This document shows, piece by piece, positions 39,131-50,934 of a DNA stretch of 64,000 bases. A program made the position numbers and the translations under genes. The notes beneath the pieces were generated by a model. It saw nothing but the letters and a program-made list of their open reading frames with translations. It made no database searches and was not told the origin of the DNA. The stretch is from assembly GCF_963921235.1 (NCBI RefSeq), contig NC_086097.1:96598001-96662000 (forward strand). The letters are read 5' to 3'. Each line of letters starts with the position of its first letter. The first letter of the stretch is position 1. This stretch comes from Mobula hypostoma (Eukaryota).

Positions 39131-39340
39131 GCACTCTATAAATAAGTTATATTGTTGTTATTAGCTAGGGCTTCCAGGGACAAATTTGCTGTTGGAGCAG
39201 AGTCTGCCACTCTTCAATGGGCCTTTATTAAGGAATTCAATAGGATGCTGAGCAGTCAGCCAAGAAAAGACTATCCACATATCAGCCAAAGTATATTTCA
39301 TATTTTGATAAGGTTGATTAATTTGTGTTTTTATCCACAG

Positions 39341-39476
39341 CTCAGAATATCGGGTTAAATACCCCCCACGAGTGGTGCTGGATAAACTGGAGGTTCTTGG
39401 CTACCATGTAATCAGCATGACAGGCTTGGGACAGACCCTAGTCTGGTGTCTACACAAAGCTCAACATGGCCCTTAA
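39341..39476 (+). CDS. GCHFR: GCHFR coding exon 3 (SEYRVKYPPRVVLDKLEVLGYHVISMTGLGQTLVWCLHKAQHGP*)
   Basis: ttatccacag acceptor; the phase-2 join restores Phe; matches human PPRIVLDKLE...SMTGVGQTLVWCLHKE; TAA at 39474-39476. Confidence 0.97.
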
Positions 39477-39600
39477 ACAAATAGAACTGAATGCTTTGCC
39501 TAATATCAGAGATGGATTGTCTGCCTATCAAGGAGAGGAGCTGAACTCTCACTTTTGCTGTTCAGCGCATTCAGAAACATTTTGTTAGAAATATTCAGAT

Positions 39601-39682
39601 CAGGGGTTCCCTACCTTTTTTATACCATGGACCTCTAGTGTTAACTGAGGGGGGTCTGTGGACCCCACGTTGGGAACGCCTG
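39601..39682. mobile_element. Tiny hAT/Charlie-like MITE just downstream of the GCHFR stop
   Basis: TIRs caggggttccc / gggaacgcctg; degenerate 8-bp flanks attcagat / ctctaaat. Confidence 0.6.
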
Positions 39683-40466
39683 CTCTAAATCCATTGTTTT
39701 TATTTCTCCCCTCCTAACTGTCAGTTGTTCTGTCCTATTGGGTGGGGGGAGCAATCTTACCCTTCCCCAAACCTCAGCAGTGATTCTTGATGACATATTG
39801 AGAAGAATCAGCACTGCCTCCTCATCCTCCAATACACCTGCATATGGAACACTGGTTTGTGAGTGGGAGCAGAGCTTGGGGTTGATTTCTTTCCCTGCAC
39901 CCTCACCCTTCTGAACACAATCAATGGTAGATCAGCTAACTCAGGACAAGGCATCTCATTAGTTCTTAATGCACTGAAAGGCACAATTAACATACCTGCA
40001 CCACACCATTGTGCAGGGGACTATTTATTTTGAAAATTGTGGTACAGTAATAATTGCACCCTAACATTCAACCATACTATTGGAATGTGATGTTTAGTTC
40101 ATTAACAAAGCCTAGTCTCTGACCAGTCTTACATTGATTTTATTTGCCAGTGGCTCACTAGAGAGAAGGACAATTGGTACTGTGACTCAGTACCTTGCTC
40201 TCTGACATGGACAGCAAAAAAATACAAAAGTTTCCACACCTACTCACAAGCCACAGTGGGAATGTAGTAAGTGATGGAGTGTGGGAGAGGAACAGATTAT
40301 GCTGATGCCTTTAATTCCTTAAATACAATGTAAGTAATAACCAATGCATTTCAAAATAATTACTTGAGACATTTTCAAATGTGATAACGAGAGTTGTGTT
40401 TTTGCTTTTCTACTGACCTTCACTGTCCAATTTCACATTGGAATAATGGCACTTAAGTGATTGTCT

Positions 40467-40472
40467 AATAAA
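40467..40472 (+). terminator. Candidate GCHFR polyadenylation signal (alternative at 40589-40594)
   Basis: AATAAA hexamers ~1 kb downstream of the stop; usage not shown. Confidence 0.35.
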
Positions 40473-40989
40473 TGATTTACCTACCTGTGTCGTCCATCCT
40501 TTTGTCATTTGATCTAAGCATCTACAAATCAGATCTACAAGCCCAATTCAAATTTCATATAAAAGGGGGCAAAATAATGACATGCTTAAATAAAGCTCAT
40601 ACTAATTTCCATAGAGGCGCAAAGATGAAGTCAATAGTGATGTGAAAACTGTTTGCCAAGGTCAGGTTTGTGTCATGTTTGATCTTACTGGTACACCAGT
40701 TGGAAGTTATTGTAGAGTAGAGTCAGTAACAGCAGTTTCTCTTTGTCACTCATGTTGGAAAATATGGATGGCTTTAAGTAGATAAGAGTTTAGACAACGC
40801 CTGCTCCACCAGTAACCAAGTCAATAACATCATAATTTGTCTACTTTCCTATCTGATCCCGATATCCAGCTATTTCCTTCGTGTCTTGATCCAGCCCTTG
40901 GAAATAGGATTCCTAGGTTTTACATTACAACTGATGTTTAAAGAAATTTCACCTCATCGCAGTCCTGTGGGGATCACACATATAGCCAG

Positions 40990-41455
40990 CAGCTTTACTT
41001 CATTAGGAGATGGAGGAGATTTGGGCCGTTACCAAAGACTCTTGCACATTTCTACAGGTACATGGTGGCGAGCATTCTGACTGGTGGCATCACAGCCTGG
41101 TGTGGAGCCTCTGATGACCAGGATCTCAAGAAGCTGCAGTGGGTTGAATAGTCAGCCAGCTCCATCATGGGTACAATTCACCCCAGCATCGAAGACCCTC
41201 ACCATTTCAGACATGCCCCCTTCATATTACTACAGCCAGGGAGGAGGTATGGGAGTCTGAGGACCAATGTTCAATGGTCTAAGAACAGCTTCTTCCTCTC
41301 TGTGATCAGATTTTTGAATGAGCCTCAAACACCATCTCATTATTCATCCTTTGCACTATTTATTTTTACAACTTGTAGTAATTTTTGTACTGCTACTGCA
41401 AAACAACAATCTCACGAGATGCCAGTGATAATGAACCAGATTCTGATTCTGAAAT
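40990..41455 (+). mobile_element. Rex1/Babar-type LINE 3' fragment
   Basis: GRRYGSLRT...KNSFFLSVIRFLN; gattctgattctga tail. Confidence 0.7.
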
Positions 41456-42219
41456 AGTGAAAGCTTTATCCTGTCACCGGTTCTGGATACTCAAGATGAA
41501 GACAACTTCTTGGTGTCCATTTTGTCAATTCCTCTCAGAATTTTTTACCTCCCAATGAGATCACTTCCCCTTCTTCTGTACTCCAGTCAATAGTGGCCAT
41601 CTTACTCAGTCTCCTTACCTCTAGAATCAGCCCACACTGCACAGATTCAAGTACATCTTCAGAAATAGAGACACAACTAATACTGTTCCATACAAGATCT
41701 CACTAAAACCCTGAAATCTCTCAAAACTTGTGCTCCAATCCCCTTGTTTCACAGAATGTGAAGGAATTAATATTGAAAATGTCATTTGAAATATATGATG
41801 ATCTATAGCTGGTAGCCATAATACCATTTTGATGGTCAATATGCAGTATCTATTATCTGTGGTGTCAGTGAATGTATTGAGTACATTACTACTGAGACCA
41901 TTACTTCCGTAACACTAAATATGCTTTTGTGGAAGTTGCTTTGGATTTCCAGCATCTGCAGACTTTCTCGTGTTTGTGCTTTTTCACTTATTGCCTTTTA
42001 AATTTAAAATTTCTTGGTTGGCTTAAAACCACATGGGTAGCAATCAGGGAGGTTAAACAAGGGCAATTTGCTGCGGAGGGGTTAGATCTGAGCGCAATAA
42101 TTGTGCACGAGAAATCAGAGGCCTACAATCTCCTCCGAACACTGTCTAGCTGCACACATGATCTTTTCCCCCTAACATTAACACATGCTAAGTCAAGACC
42201 AAAGAAAAAAAAAGAGCAG

Positions 42220-42225
42220 TTTATT
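42220..42225 (-). terminator. Candidate DNAJC17 polyadenylation signal
   Basis: AATAAA on - about 47 nt after the stop codon. Confidence 0.4.
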
Positions 42226-42271
42226 CCAGCATGGTGAAAATAAAAAGTGCAAATACAGTCCCACGACATGT

Positions 42272-42379
42272 TCAGTCATCATCTTTCTGAAGCTCTTCAA
42301 TGAGACGCTGTCTTTCTGCTGCCTGTCGCATCCGCATCATCACAAGACTCTCGTAATCCCGTTCTGTCCGCGCAGTGTT
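42272..42379 (-). CDS. DNAJC17: DnaJ homolog subfamily C member 17, last coding exon ([35 protein letters not shown])
   Basis: Matches the human C-terminus [22 protein letters not shown]; ttttcttttacccag acceptor, phase 0; tail-to-tail synteny with GCHFR. No upstream exons found in the window. Confidence 0.95.
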   Translation of the reverse strand, partial: NTARTERDYESLVMMRMRQAAERQRLIEELQKDDD

Positions 42380-42815
42380 CTGGGTAAAAGAAAAATATTG
42401 TCAGTACCAAGAGTATAATCACTATTAGTATGGTGCTATTCTGCCAATTTAGTTTAGTTGCATTCAGTGCTAACAATATGGTGCTCTCTATTTTGGAGAA
42501 ACCAAGAGATTAGGTGATTACAGAGTGCCACTTTTAATTTGTAAGGATGACTTTAAACTTCCAATTGCTTCTCACATTAATACTCTGCTTTCGTCTTTTA
42601 AACAGTTTCAACAAACCTGTCGTAAGGCTGAGGAACAATATTTTGTCTTCCAGCTAAGCATTTGCTTGCCTTCAGGACATAATACTGAATGCAACAATTT
42701 CAGATCAGACCTGGCCAGTTTAACACAAGGTTATCAACCTGTAACATTAACACTTTTTTTTCTCCCCTCTGCCGATGTTTGCCACATGACCTGCTGCGCA
42801 ACAAGTCCTACTTCA

Positions 42816-43028
42816 ACACACACAAAATACTGCAGGAACTCAGCAGGTCAGGCAGCATCCATAGAAATAAATAAACAGTTGACATTTCAGGCCAAGGCAC
42901 TTCTTCAGGACTCGGCCCGAAATGTCGACTGTTCATTTGCTTAAATGGGCCTGACTTGCTGAGTTTCTCCAGCATTTTGTGTGTGTTGCTTTGGATTTCC
43001 AGTATCTGCATAATTTCTTGTATTTATG
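42816..43028. mobile_element. Palindromic Penelope terminal-repeat mini-insertion (older copy)
   Basis: Two opposed terminal-repeat fragments; 13-bp TSD aagtcctacttca at 42803-42815 and 43029-43041. Confidence 0.85.
42877..42912 (-). ncRNA. Degenerate minimal hammerhead ribozyme motif
   Basis: Minus strand reads agtc-CTGAAGA-agtgccttggcct-GAAA-tGTC-aact; stems I and II carry mismatches. Confidence 0.5.
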
Positions 43029-43229
43029 AAGTCCTACTTCAGTAAGTTAATCTTATATTTTTTCAGTTGCCAACTTAATCTTGTTATTGATCCTTAATTG
43101 TAAAAAGAGGATCACAAAATAGAATTCTTTCTCACTTGATTAATTTCCTTTCATTTCTCTTTTGTCCCTCCACTATCACCCCCGATCTCTCCCTCTACGT
43201 TCAGTCCTCAGCTTCATTCCTCTGTGCCC

Positions 43230-44080
43230 TCATTTCAGTGAATTCCAAGCCCAACATGACAATGAGCTCTTCTTCTGCCATCTTTGAGGCCCATCCCGTT
43301 CACTGCATGGGTTGAGGTCTCTGGCAAAACATTTTCCTCATCTCCGGAATTTCCAACTGGACCCCTCCCTCTGGTTGCCTACCCCCTCTGTACTTACACA
43401 TGGCATCAAAAGTTATCTACACTAACCCACTTCCCTGTGAACTAACAGCACTTTACTCAATTAATCAACACGGAGATCAAAGCTGCTGATGGAGGTGACA
43501 CTTGTTTAGCGAGGTGACTTATACCTCAGCTCAGACACCTCCTCTTTCCCCTTTTGGACCACGATCACACCACAGGACACCGGTCTACCACAGTCACTGA
43601 CTTCATTTGGTGATGAGATCTGGCCTCCAAAGTCCCCAACAACACACCACCCAATTCTACCTGTCTTCTGGTAAATACATTTTTTCACCTGGTTTGTCCT
43701 ATACAGCTTGATTATTCCCATCTTGACTCTACCCATAGCCTCTTCTTCCATCACTGTGGCAGGTCTCCCAACAACCACACCCCCCACCAACAATATTCCA
43801 CCGTTCCAGCTTTTCATCATGGAGGTATAAGCCTTCTACAGAACAATCCCACACCAGGATGGCCTTAGGGTCATTTGCTTCTTCCTTGAGCGGAGGACCA
43901 AGAGGTGCCCATCACCACAACCCTCCTTTACCTGACTGAACCTAATCCTACATTAAGTAGCAACTTCAACTACCAATAAAAATAGCAAGAAACTGCTGGA
44001 GGAAATCAGTGGGTCAGGAAGCATTTGTAGAGAGAAATACACAGTTGATGTTTCTGGTTGAGACCCTTCAGCAGGACTGG
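43230..44080 (+). mobile_element. Old Penelope-like RT fragment plus an inverted terminal-repeat fragment (~43980-44080)
   Basis: Decayed similarity to 52500-53300 (atcaaagctgctgat.ggaggtg; ttcatcatggaggtataagcc); hammerhead-like remnant at 44043-44079 on -. Confidence 0.55.
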
Positions 44081-44616
44081 ATTCTGTCCTCTTGCCCTGT
44101 TGAATATCTATATTCTTTGTAAAAGGTTAAAATATAGAAATCTGTAAAAAGCTCCATGCAGTAAATTGGGGATCAGAACAATTTCAATTTAGGTCCTTAC
44201 TTTGGGCCCATTACAAAATAAACAACCATACTTAGATCTACGCACGGCAGCTAAATGGACTGACTAACGTTCTGCAGTGATGTATTTTCCAACTGGTATA
44301 AACCAAAATATTAGATCCTTGCATATTTACTAAACAGTGTTGTTTCTAAGCTGCTCTAGTCAAATACATGATAATAATCTTCACATCAAGCTGATTCACA
44401 AAGTACCTTCATTAACAGCATTCTAATTAGATAATACTGTTTATTTACAACCACGTAAGTATATTACATTTAACACCAGATGTGCTTGATATCTGTCCTG
44501 TCAGATATGACCAATAGTAATTACCTTGACCACTCTGAATAATGTTTTCTCTGATATACAACAGTTAAAATAATAATAAACACCGCTCTATCAAACCATC
44601 CATGAGCTGAAGTGAC

Positions 44617-44768
44617 CCAGCTGGTGGCGTAGTGGCATCAGTGCCGGACTTCGGGATGAAAGGTCCTGAGTTCAAATCCAGTCAGCTCCTTTGCATCAAT
44701 TCCATCCGTGCTGGGTTACAAGCTGGTGATCTCTTTGGAAACTCACCCGGCAGAAGGCAATGGCAATA
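44617..44768 (+). mobile_element. tRNA-derived SINE fragment
   Basis: A-box ggtggcgtagtgg and B-box gagttcaaatcc; no complete cloverleaf. Confidence 0.6.
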
Positions 44769-45038
44769 CAAGATATTAAGGGGAATAGATAGAATGGATA
44801 GGTATACACGATATTATGAAGTATAGATAGAGTGGACAGCCAGAGCCTCTTCCCCAGGGCACCACTGCTCAATACAAAAGGACATGGCTTTAAGGTAAGG
44901 GGTGGGAAGTTCAAGGGGGATATTAGAGGAAGGTGTTTTACTCAGAGAGTGGTTGGTGCGTGGAGTGCACTGCCTGAGTCAGCGGTGGAGGCAGATACAC
45001 TAGTGAAATTTAAGAGACTACTAGACAGGTATATGGAG

Positions 45039-45862
45039 TGTGACGAGAATACACATAGATAAGATGTTAGCTGTCCTGTGTGATCAGCAGTGGGTCTGCC
45101 ACCTGTCTTCAAGAGAGAGGTAAGGGACACAATGAAACAGCACCTGGAAATGTGTAGAGAGCTGTCTGGAGCGGCTCCCCCTTTGAACCCTGAACTGTTT
45201 GAAGTGATGGACAGGTGATACCCCAGCAGGGGGATAAAAAGGGGCCGGTTCGCTAAGGCAGGACACACACGCCACCCGAGGTAACGAGACTCTGGAAGCG
45301 GTGCGCCTCTCACGAGTCGGTGGGAAGTACCAGACAACGCACAGGGTGGAAAGGTACGATCAGCGGGAACCCGGTGTGTGTCCGCCCTTGCCTGGGTGCC
45401 GGGTTCACTGCAGAGGATCGACCGCATCTGGAGGAGGGGTCACAGTCGGTGACCTCAGGTGACATCACCAAGGACCCGCCCAAAAGTTGCTTGTGAGCAA
45501 TTATCGTCGGTCTGTGAGTGAAGCCGTTCTGAATGATCAGTTGTTCCTGTTCTATCTCTCTCTTCCCCCACGTTGTCCATCCATGGCAACGATTACTGCG
45601 AACTGAACTAAATTGGACTGAACTCTTGGGTCACTTTGAAATTTGATCATTTACCCCTAGACAATGATAGAGCTTGATTGATGCTGTTATCTTAATTCTG
45701 TGCACATGTGTGTTTATCATTGCTGAACTGTTGCATCTATTATCCTTTCGATTACTGTGTTGCTTGTTTCTTTAATAAAACTTTCTTAGTTCTAGTAATC
45801 CAGACTCCAACTGAGTGATCCATTTCTGCTGGTTTGGCAACCCAGTTACGGGGTACGTAACA
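45039..45862 (+). repeat. 5' LTR (824 bp)
   Basis: tgtgacgaga...tacgtaaca; highly similar to 49043-49869; internal AATAAA. Confidence 0.96.
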
Positions 45863-45866
45863 TAAG

Positions 45867-45886
45867 TGGGGTTCTTGTCCGCGATT
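45867..45886 (+). promoter_or_regulatory. Primer-binding site, tRNA-Pro-like (diverged)
   Basis: tggggttcttgtccgcgatt versus the canonical tRNA-Pro PBS TGGGGGCTCGTCCGGGATT, 4 nt after the 5' LTR. Confidence 0.65.
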
Positions 45887-45923
45887 TTGAATGCCCGAAA
45901 GAAAGAAAAGACAAACAGCAGAA

Positions 45924-47150
45924 ATGGAGGCTGAGGAATTTATAAAGGCGCCGACCTTGGAGGCATTAGAGGATGCCAGGAAATCGGAATAGATAGCTGT
46001 GGCCAAACGGTTGAATCTTGCTAAGGTGAAGTCGACAATGAGGAGAGAGGAGATACACAGAGCTATTGTAGAGCACTATGTATCTAAAGGTGTGTTTCCC
46101 CAAGGTGAGCTGGGGGTGGTGTCTATTGAAAAACCTGCTGGAGACGCGGTACAGGTACAGCTTGAAAAACTGAGACTCGAGCACGAGTTCCGGGTACGGC
46201 AGTTAGAACACGAAGAGAAGGAGAGAGAGTTAGAAAGGCAAGAAAGAGAAAGACAGTTGGAGAGAGAAGAGAAAGAGAGGGACAGACAGTTGGAGAGAGA
46301 GGAGAAACAGAGGGAAAGGGAATTTGAGCTGGAGAAGTTAAAGATAAGGGCCGAGCAGGGGCTCGTGCCGAACCAAGGTGGAGGGTTCCGGGCGACCCAG
46401 GAGGTTAGGCTGGTTCCCCCATCTGACGATACCGACGTGGATCGGTACTTTCTCCACTTCGAAAAAGTGGCTATAAGTCAGGAATGGCCGAGGGATAAGT
46501 GGGCTGTGTTACTTCAGAGTGTACTGAAAGGGAAAGCCCAAGAAGCTTACTCCGCTTTGTCCGCGGAAGATGCCCAGAGGTATGAGGTGGTGAAAGAGGC
46601 CATCCTCAGGATTTATGAGTTGGTCCTGGAGGCATACCGGCAGAGGTTCCGGAATGCGAGGAAGCAGTGGGACCGCACGTATTTGGAGTTTGCCCGTGAG
46701 AAGCAGACAGATTGTGAGCGTTGGTGCGCCTCGAAGGGGGTAGAGGGGGATTATGACAGACTGCTACAGCTGATCCTGATTGAGCAGTTTAAGGGTTGTG
46801 TCCCTGAGGGTATGAGACCCTACCTCGATGAGAAAGAGGCAGCCACGTTAGCCGCAACTGCTAAGTTAGCGGATGAGTATGCGTTGACGCATAAAATGAA
46901 GTTTGCCCCGAGTAAAGGCTATCAGAAGGGTAGTCAGGACGGCGGGGAGAGTCCGCCGGAAAAGTCAGAAAGTAAGCCGGGGACGAGTGAAAAGGATAAG
47001 GTAGACCGGGAGCAGTCTGGTAGGAAGTCTCCTGGGGTCATCTGTTATAATTGTGGGAAAGCCGGACACTTTGCGTCCAGGTGCTTTGCCCCAAAGAAGG
47101 AGACGGGAAAAGGAAGAACAGCGATTTTGATGGCTGTATCGATCTGTTAA
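45924..47150 (+). pseudogene. Gag with coiled coil, SCAN-like capsid domain and CCHC knuckle; in-frame TAG at 45990
   Basis: EAYRQRFR...LLQLILIEQF (SCAN-like); CYNCGKAGHFASRC. ATG 45924 is in frame with ORF 45999-47150. Confidence 0.85.
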
Positions 47151-47219
47151 GCGAACCGCTAGGGAAGGACAGGTCTGGAAAAAGTCCAGGAAGGGCGCGA
47201 GAGGTTTATCTCGGCCGGA

Positions 47220-47678
47220 TTGGTGTCAGTGAAGGAGGGGTTAAAACCAGTTCCAGTGCGGATCTGGAGAGACACGGGAACGTGTCAGTCACTAATACTG
47301 AAGAGTGTATTAGAGTTTAGCTCAGAGACCCAGACCGGGAAGGTAGAGGTCAAAGGTGTTGGGGAAGGGACAGAGTCAGTCCCTTTGCACCAGATACACC
47401 TACAAAGCAACCTGGTCTCTGGACTAGTCACGATCGGGGTGAGGTCCGAGTTAACGATGAAAGACGTGGAAGTCTTGCTCGGAAATGACCTCGCGGGAGG
47501 AATTGTGTTCCCCGCCGTGAGGCTGACAAGTCAGCCTGCCAGCATGGAGGCCCCGCCCGTGGACTCGCAGGTTTATCCCGTTTGCGCAGTAACTCGGCGG
47601 ATGGCGAGAAAAGCTGCAGAGGCCGACATAAAGTTAGCTGAAACGTTTCTGCCCACCCTGTACGGGGGGGGGAAATAG
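47220..47678 (+). pseudogene. Retropepsin-type aspartic protease
   Basis: RDTG catalytic motif and LLGNDL motif. Confidence 0.8.
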
Positions 47679-47758
47679 AAAGTGAAAAGACGGAACGAAA
47701 TGAAACAAGAGGCAGTGAGGGAGCTGGGACAGATGTAGCAGTAGCCAGGAAAGAATTT

Positions 47759-48910
47759 GTGCAGACGCAGGAGCGAGACGAGGGGCTGATGATTTCGGCA
47801 GAGACAGCTCTCTCTGACACAGCTTTAACAAGGGAACTAGTAGGCTATTGTGTGGAGGACGAATTGCTACGGGAAAAAGGGAAATCAAGTACAGTACCCG
47901 CAGATGAGGAGTGGGGGGTGGTGCAAAAGAGTTATGGGGATGAGGTTCTTAACATGGCCCACGAGGTACCCCCCGGTGGACATTTTGCGGTGCTGGAGGA
48001 AACAGTTGGTGGAATCATGAAAGAGGTTTACTGGCTGCCCAGGGGGAAGAATGTTATTGATCATGACCGATGCGAACTGAGACGGTCACCGGCTTTTGAT
48101 ACGCTAACAAACCTAGTCGGTGTTAGCATGGAAATCAATGAAGCTCGGGGCCCCCTGATAAGAGGAAGAAACCATTTTGAAAAGATTAGTATGGGATCGA
48201 TCAGATGGGAGAAGGCTATTGTTTTGGCCAGGTCTACTGATAAGGTCTCTCCCTTAATTCCCGAACAAAGCGAATCTTTAGAAGAAGTAATTAAACGACT
48301 CGCACCCGTGTGTTTGATTGTCCCGAGGCAATGCAAAGAACTGGGACGTTGGGTGATGTCTGTTACAATAGGCCAGCCTAGCAAACAACATCCATATATA
48401 ATGAGTAATTCAGTGACTAAAGGGCTGATGAACACAGAGGTGTGTATTGGCAATTTAATACGGCTGTCTGAAGCCAGCTTGATAGTGAACCTTGAAAAAA
48501 ATGAATTCGGCCACACGAGGGTCACTTACCTGGGAATTGTGGTGACACAGGGGCAGCTGGCAGCGATGCAAACTACAGTGCAGGCTATCGCTGACCTCCC
48601 AACATCGACAGACAAGAGGGCCCTCAGAAGGCTCTTGGAGATGGTGGGGTACTGTAGGAAGTTTTGCAATAACTCTGCGGTCAATATCCCTCCCCCCTCC
48701 TACTAAGCCCTTGCGAGAGAAAACTGAGTCGGAATGGGACGACCCTTGTTATTGTGGTCCGGGACAAAACCAAATGAGAGGTTACATTGATCGAAATTCA
48801 TCAGTGTTTTTGGCCACTATGAAGTTTGCTGAGTTAGAGCCTGGTCTAAGGGATTATTAATAACACATGTAAAAGGAACAGAAAATGCGATGACTGTCTG
48901 TCAAGGTGTT
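47759..48910 (+). pseudogene. Collapsed pol: integrase Zn-binding start, RT fragments, RNase H tail
   Basis: AHEVPPGGHF..VYW (integrase N-terminus), then KQHPY, NLEKNEF..VTYLG, MVGYCRKF (RT), then HVKGTEN (RNase H end). No DDE core and no YxDD. Confidence 0.75.
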
Positions 48911-49042
48911 GACAACTTCAAACTCGCTGTGTTAGCCAAATAGCTGATAAAGATGTATATTTGTGCGTGTATCAAATAATGTATTCATGTTTGTAATTTT
49001 TACCTCCCGGTAAAAATCCTTAAAAGGGGCGGAGGGGGGAAG

Positions 49043-49869
49043 TGTGACGAGAATACACATAGATAAGATGTTAGCTGTCCTGTGTGATCAGCAGTGGGTC
49101 TGCCACCTGTCTTCAAGAGAGAGATAAGGGACACAATGAAACAGCACCTGGGGATGTGTAGAGAGCTGTCTGGAGCGGCTCCCCCTTTGAACCCTGAACT
49201 GTTTGAAGTGATGGACAGGCGATACCCCAGCAGGGGGATAAAAAGGGACAGGTTCGCTAAGGCAGGACACACACGCCACCCGAGGTAACGAGACCCTGGA
49301 AGCGGTGCGCCTCTCACGAGTCAGTGGGAGTACCGGACAACGCACAGGGTGGAAAGGTACGATCAGCGGGAACCCGGTGTGTGTCCGCCCTTGCCTGGGT
49401 GCCGGGTTCACTGCAGAGGATCGACCGCATCTGGAGGAGGGGTCACAGTCGGTGACCTCAGGTGACATCACCAAGGACCTGCCCAAAAGTTGCTTGCGAG
49501 CAATCTCGCCGGTCTGTGAGTGAAGCCGTTTCTGAATGATCAGTCGTTCCCGTTCTCTCTCTCTCTCTCCCCCCACGTTGTCCATCGCCATGGCAACGAT
49601 TACTGCGAACTGAACTAAATTGGACTGAACTCTTGGGTCACTTTGAAATTTGGTCATTTACCCCTAGACAACGATAGAGCTTGATTGATGCTGTTATCTT
49701 AATTCTGTGCACATGTGTGTTTATCATTGCTGAACTGTTGCATCTATTATCCTTTCGATTACTGTGTTGCTTGTTTCTTTAATAAAACTTTCTTAGTTCT
49801 AGTAATCCAGACTCCAACTGAGTGATCCATTTCTGCTGGTTTGGCAACCCAGTTACGGGGTACGTAACA
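49043..49869 (+). repeat. 3' LTR (827 bp)
   Basis: Follows the PPT aaaaggggcggaggggggaag; ends tacgtaaca. Confidence 0.96.
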
Positions 49870-50934
49870 GGAGGAATTTAAGGTGGGGGTTATATGGGAG
49901 GCAGGGTTTGAGAGTCGGCACAACACTGTGGGCCGAAGGGCCTGTACTGTGCTGTACTATTCTATGTTCTATAAACTACTGCTGTAACTTGCCTCGTACG
50001 CGGTTCCCCACTACGTCAGAGAGGTGTGGAGGGAAATCGTCCGCTAACTGGAGAAACTCCGGATATAACGTACCTTTCCCTTTTTATCGTATCATTTTAG
50101 GAGCATCATTGTTCTCTCTAAGCTGCGCCACATAGTAACTGGAAAGCTCCAATGCACGTGGCTTTTGTTGCTGTGCAGCTGGGATTTTCTTTTATATAAT
50201 GTTGATATACTTTTCAAATGATGCGACTATAAATTTGAAATCTATGTTAATATAATTGTGAAGTACCTCGTAATTAATTAGGTGTTTGTGGTCATAATTC
50301 ATATTTTCCAAATGATAAATGTAGCACAAACTTTTCTTCGAAAAATTTTAGAGCTTCATTGCATGAACATTGTTAGTGTTTTAAGTTACAACATTGTTAC
50401 AAAATTGTAACAATAAACACAGAATACAAGTCAGTGGCTCATTGTTAATAAATGCCAGCCCACTAAGTTTAAAAATATGACGATTTTCCTTATACTGTAT
50501 TTCATTATACCCTTTATTAATAAATAAAATCAAAAGTATGTGTTTTTTCAATTTCCATTCTAAATATTCATATTATACACATCACAAAAGAGAACTTTTA
50601 AAATGTTGCACAATTTTCAGCCCGTGTAAAAATTTTCTGCTGAGAGCAATGGTTGGTTGGTCCGTGCAGTTGTTAAAGAAAAATTAGAGGGAATGTTGAA
50701 GAGTATAGAGCATCAAAAACATAGGGGCTAACCTGCTAAATTACTTATGCAATTCTATATACTTGGGCTAAACCATAGCTCCAGTCAGTGCTCAGAAATG
50801 ACTTGACAATGCAGTAAAACTATGCTAATAATTTGTAAACAACAGGAATTCTGCAGATGCTGGAAATTCAAGCAACACACATCAAAGTTGCTGGTGAACG
50901 CAGCAGGCCAGGCAGCATCTCTAGGAAGAGGTGC

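Larger units (their letters stand above)
45039..49869 (+). mobile_element. Gmr1-like Gypsy LTR retrotransposon, internally deleted and non-autonomous
   Basis: Two LTRs with TG...CA ends; 4-bp TSD ggag (45035-45038, 49870-49873); tRNA-Pro-like PBS; polypurine tract 49022-49042; gag, protease, and integrase/RT/RNase H remnants. Confidence 0.93.
44769..49972 (+). mobile_element. CR1 3' fragment (44769-45038 and 49874-49972) split by the Gypsy element
   Basis: FTQRVVGAWSALP...KRLLDRYME continues as EFKVGGY after the LTR element; ttctatgttcta tail. Confidence 0.8.

Noticed and set aside
44617..44690. tRNA-like sequences (also ~8718 and ~31709)
   Set aside because: A/B boxes without a full cloverleaf, followed by SINE bodies; these are SINE heads, not tRNA genes.
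44942..45427. Antisense ORFs in the LTRs (also 49000-49657)
   Set aside because: Frames and lengths differ between the two LTRs; no recognisable domain.
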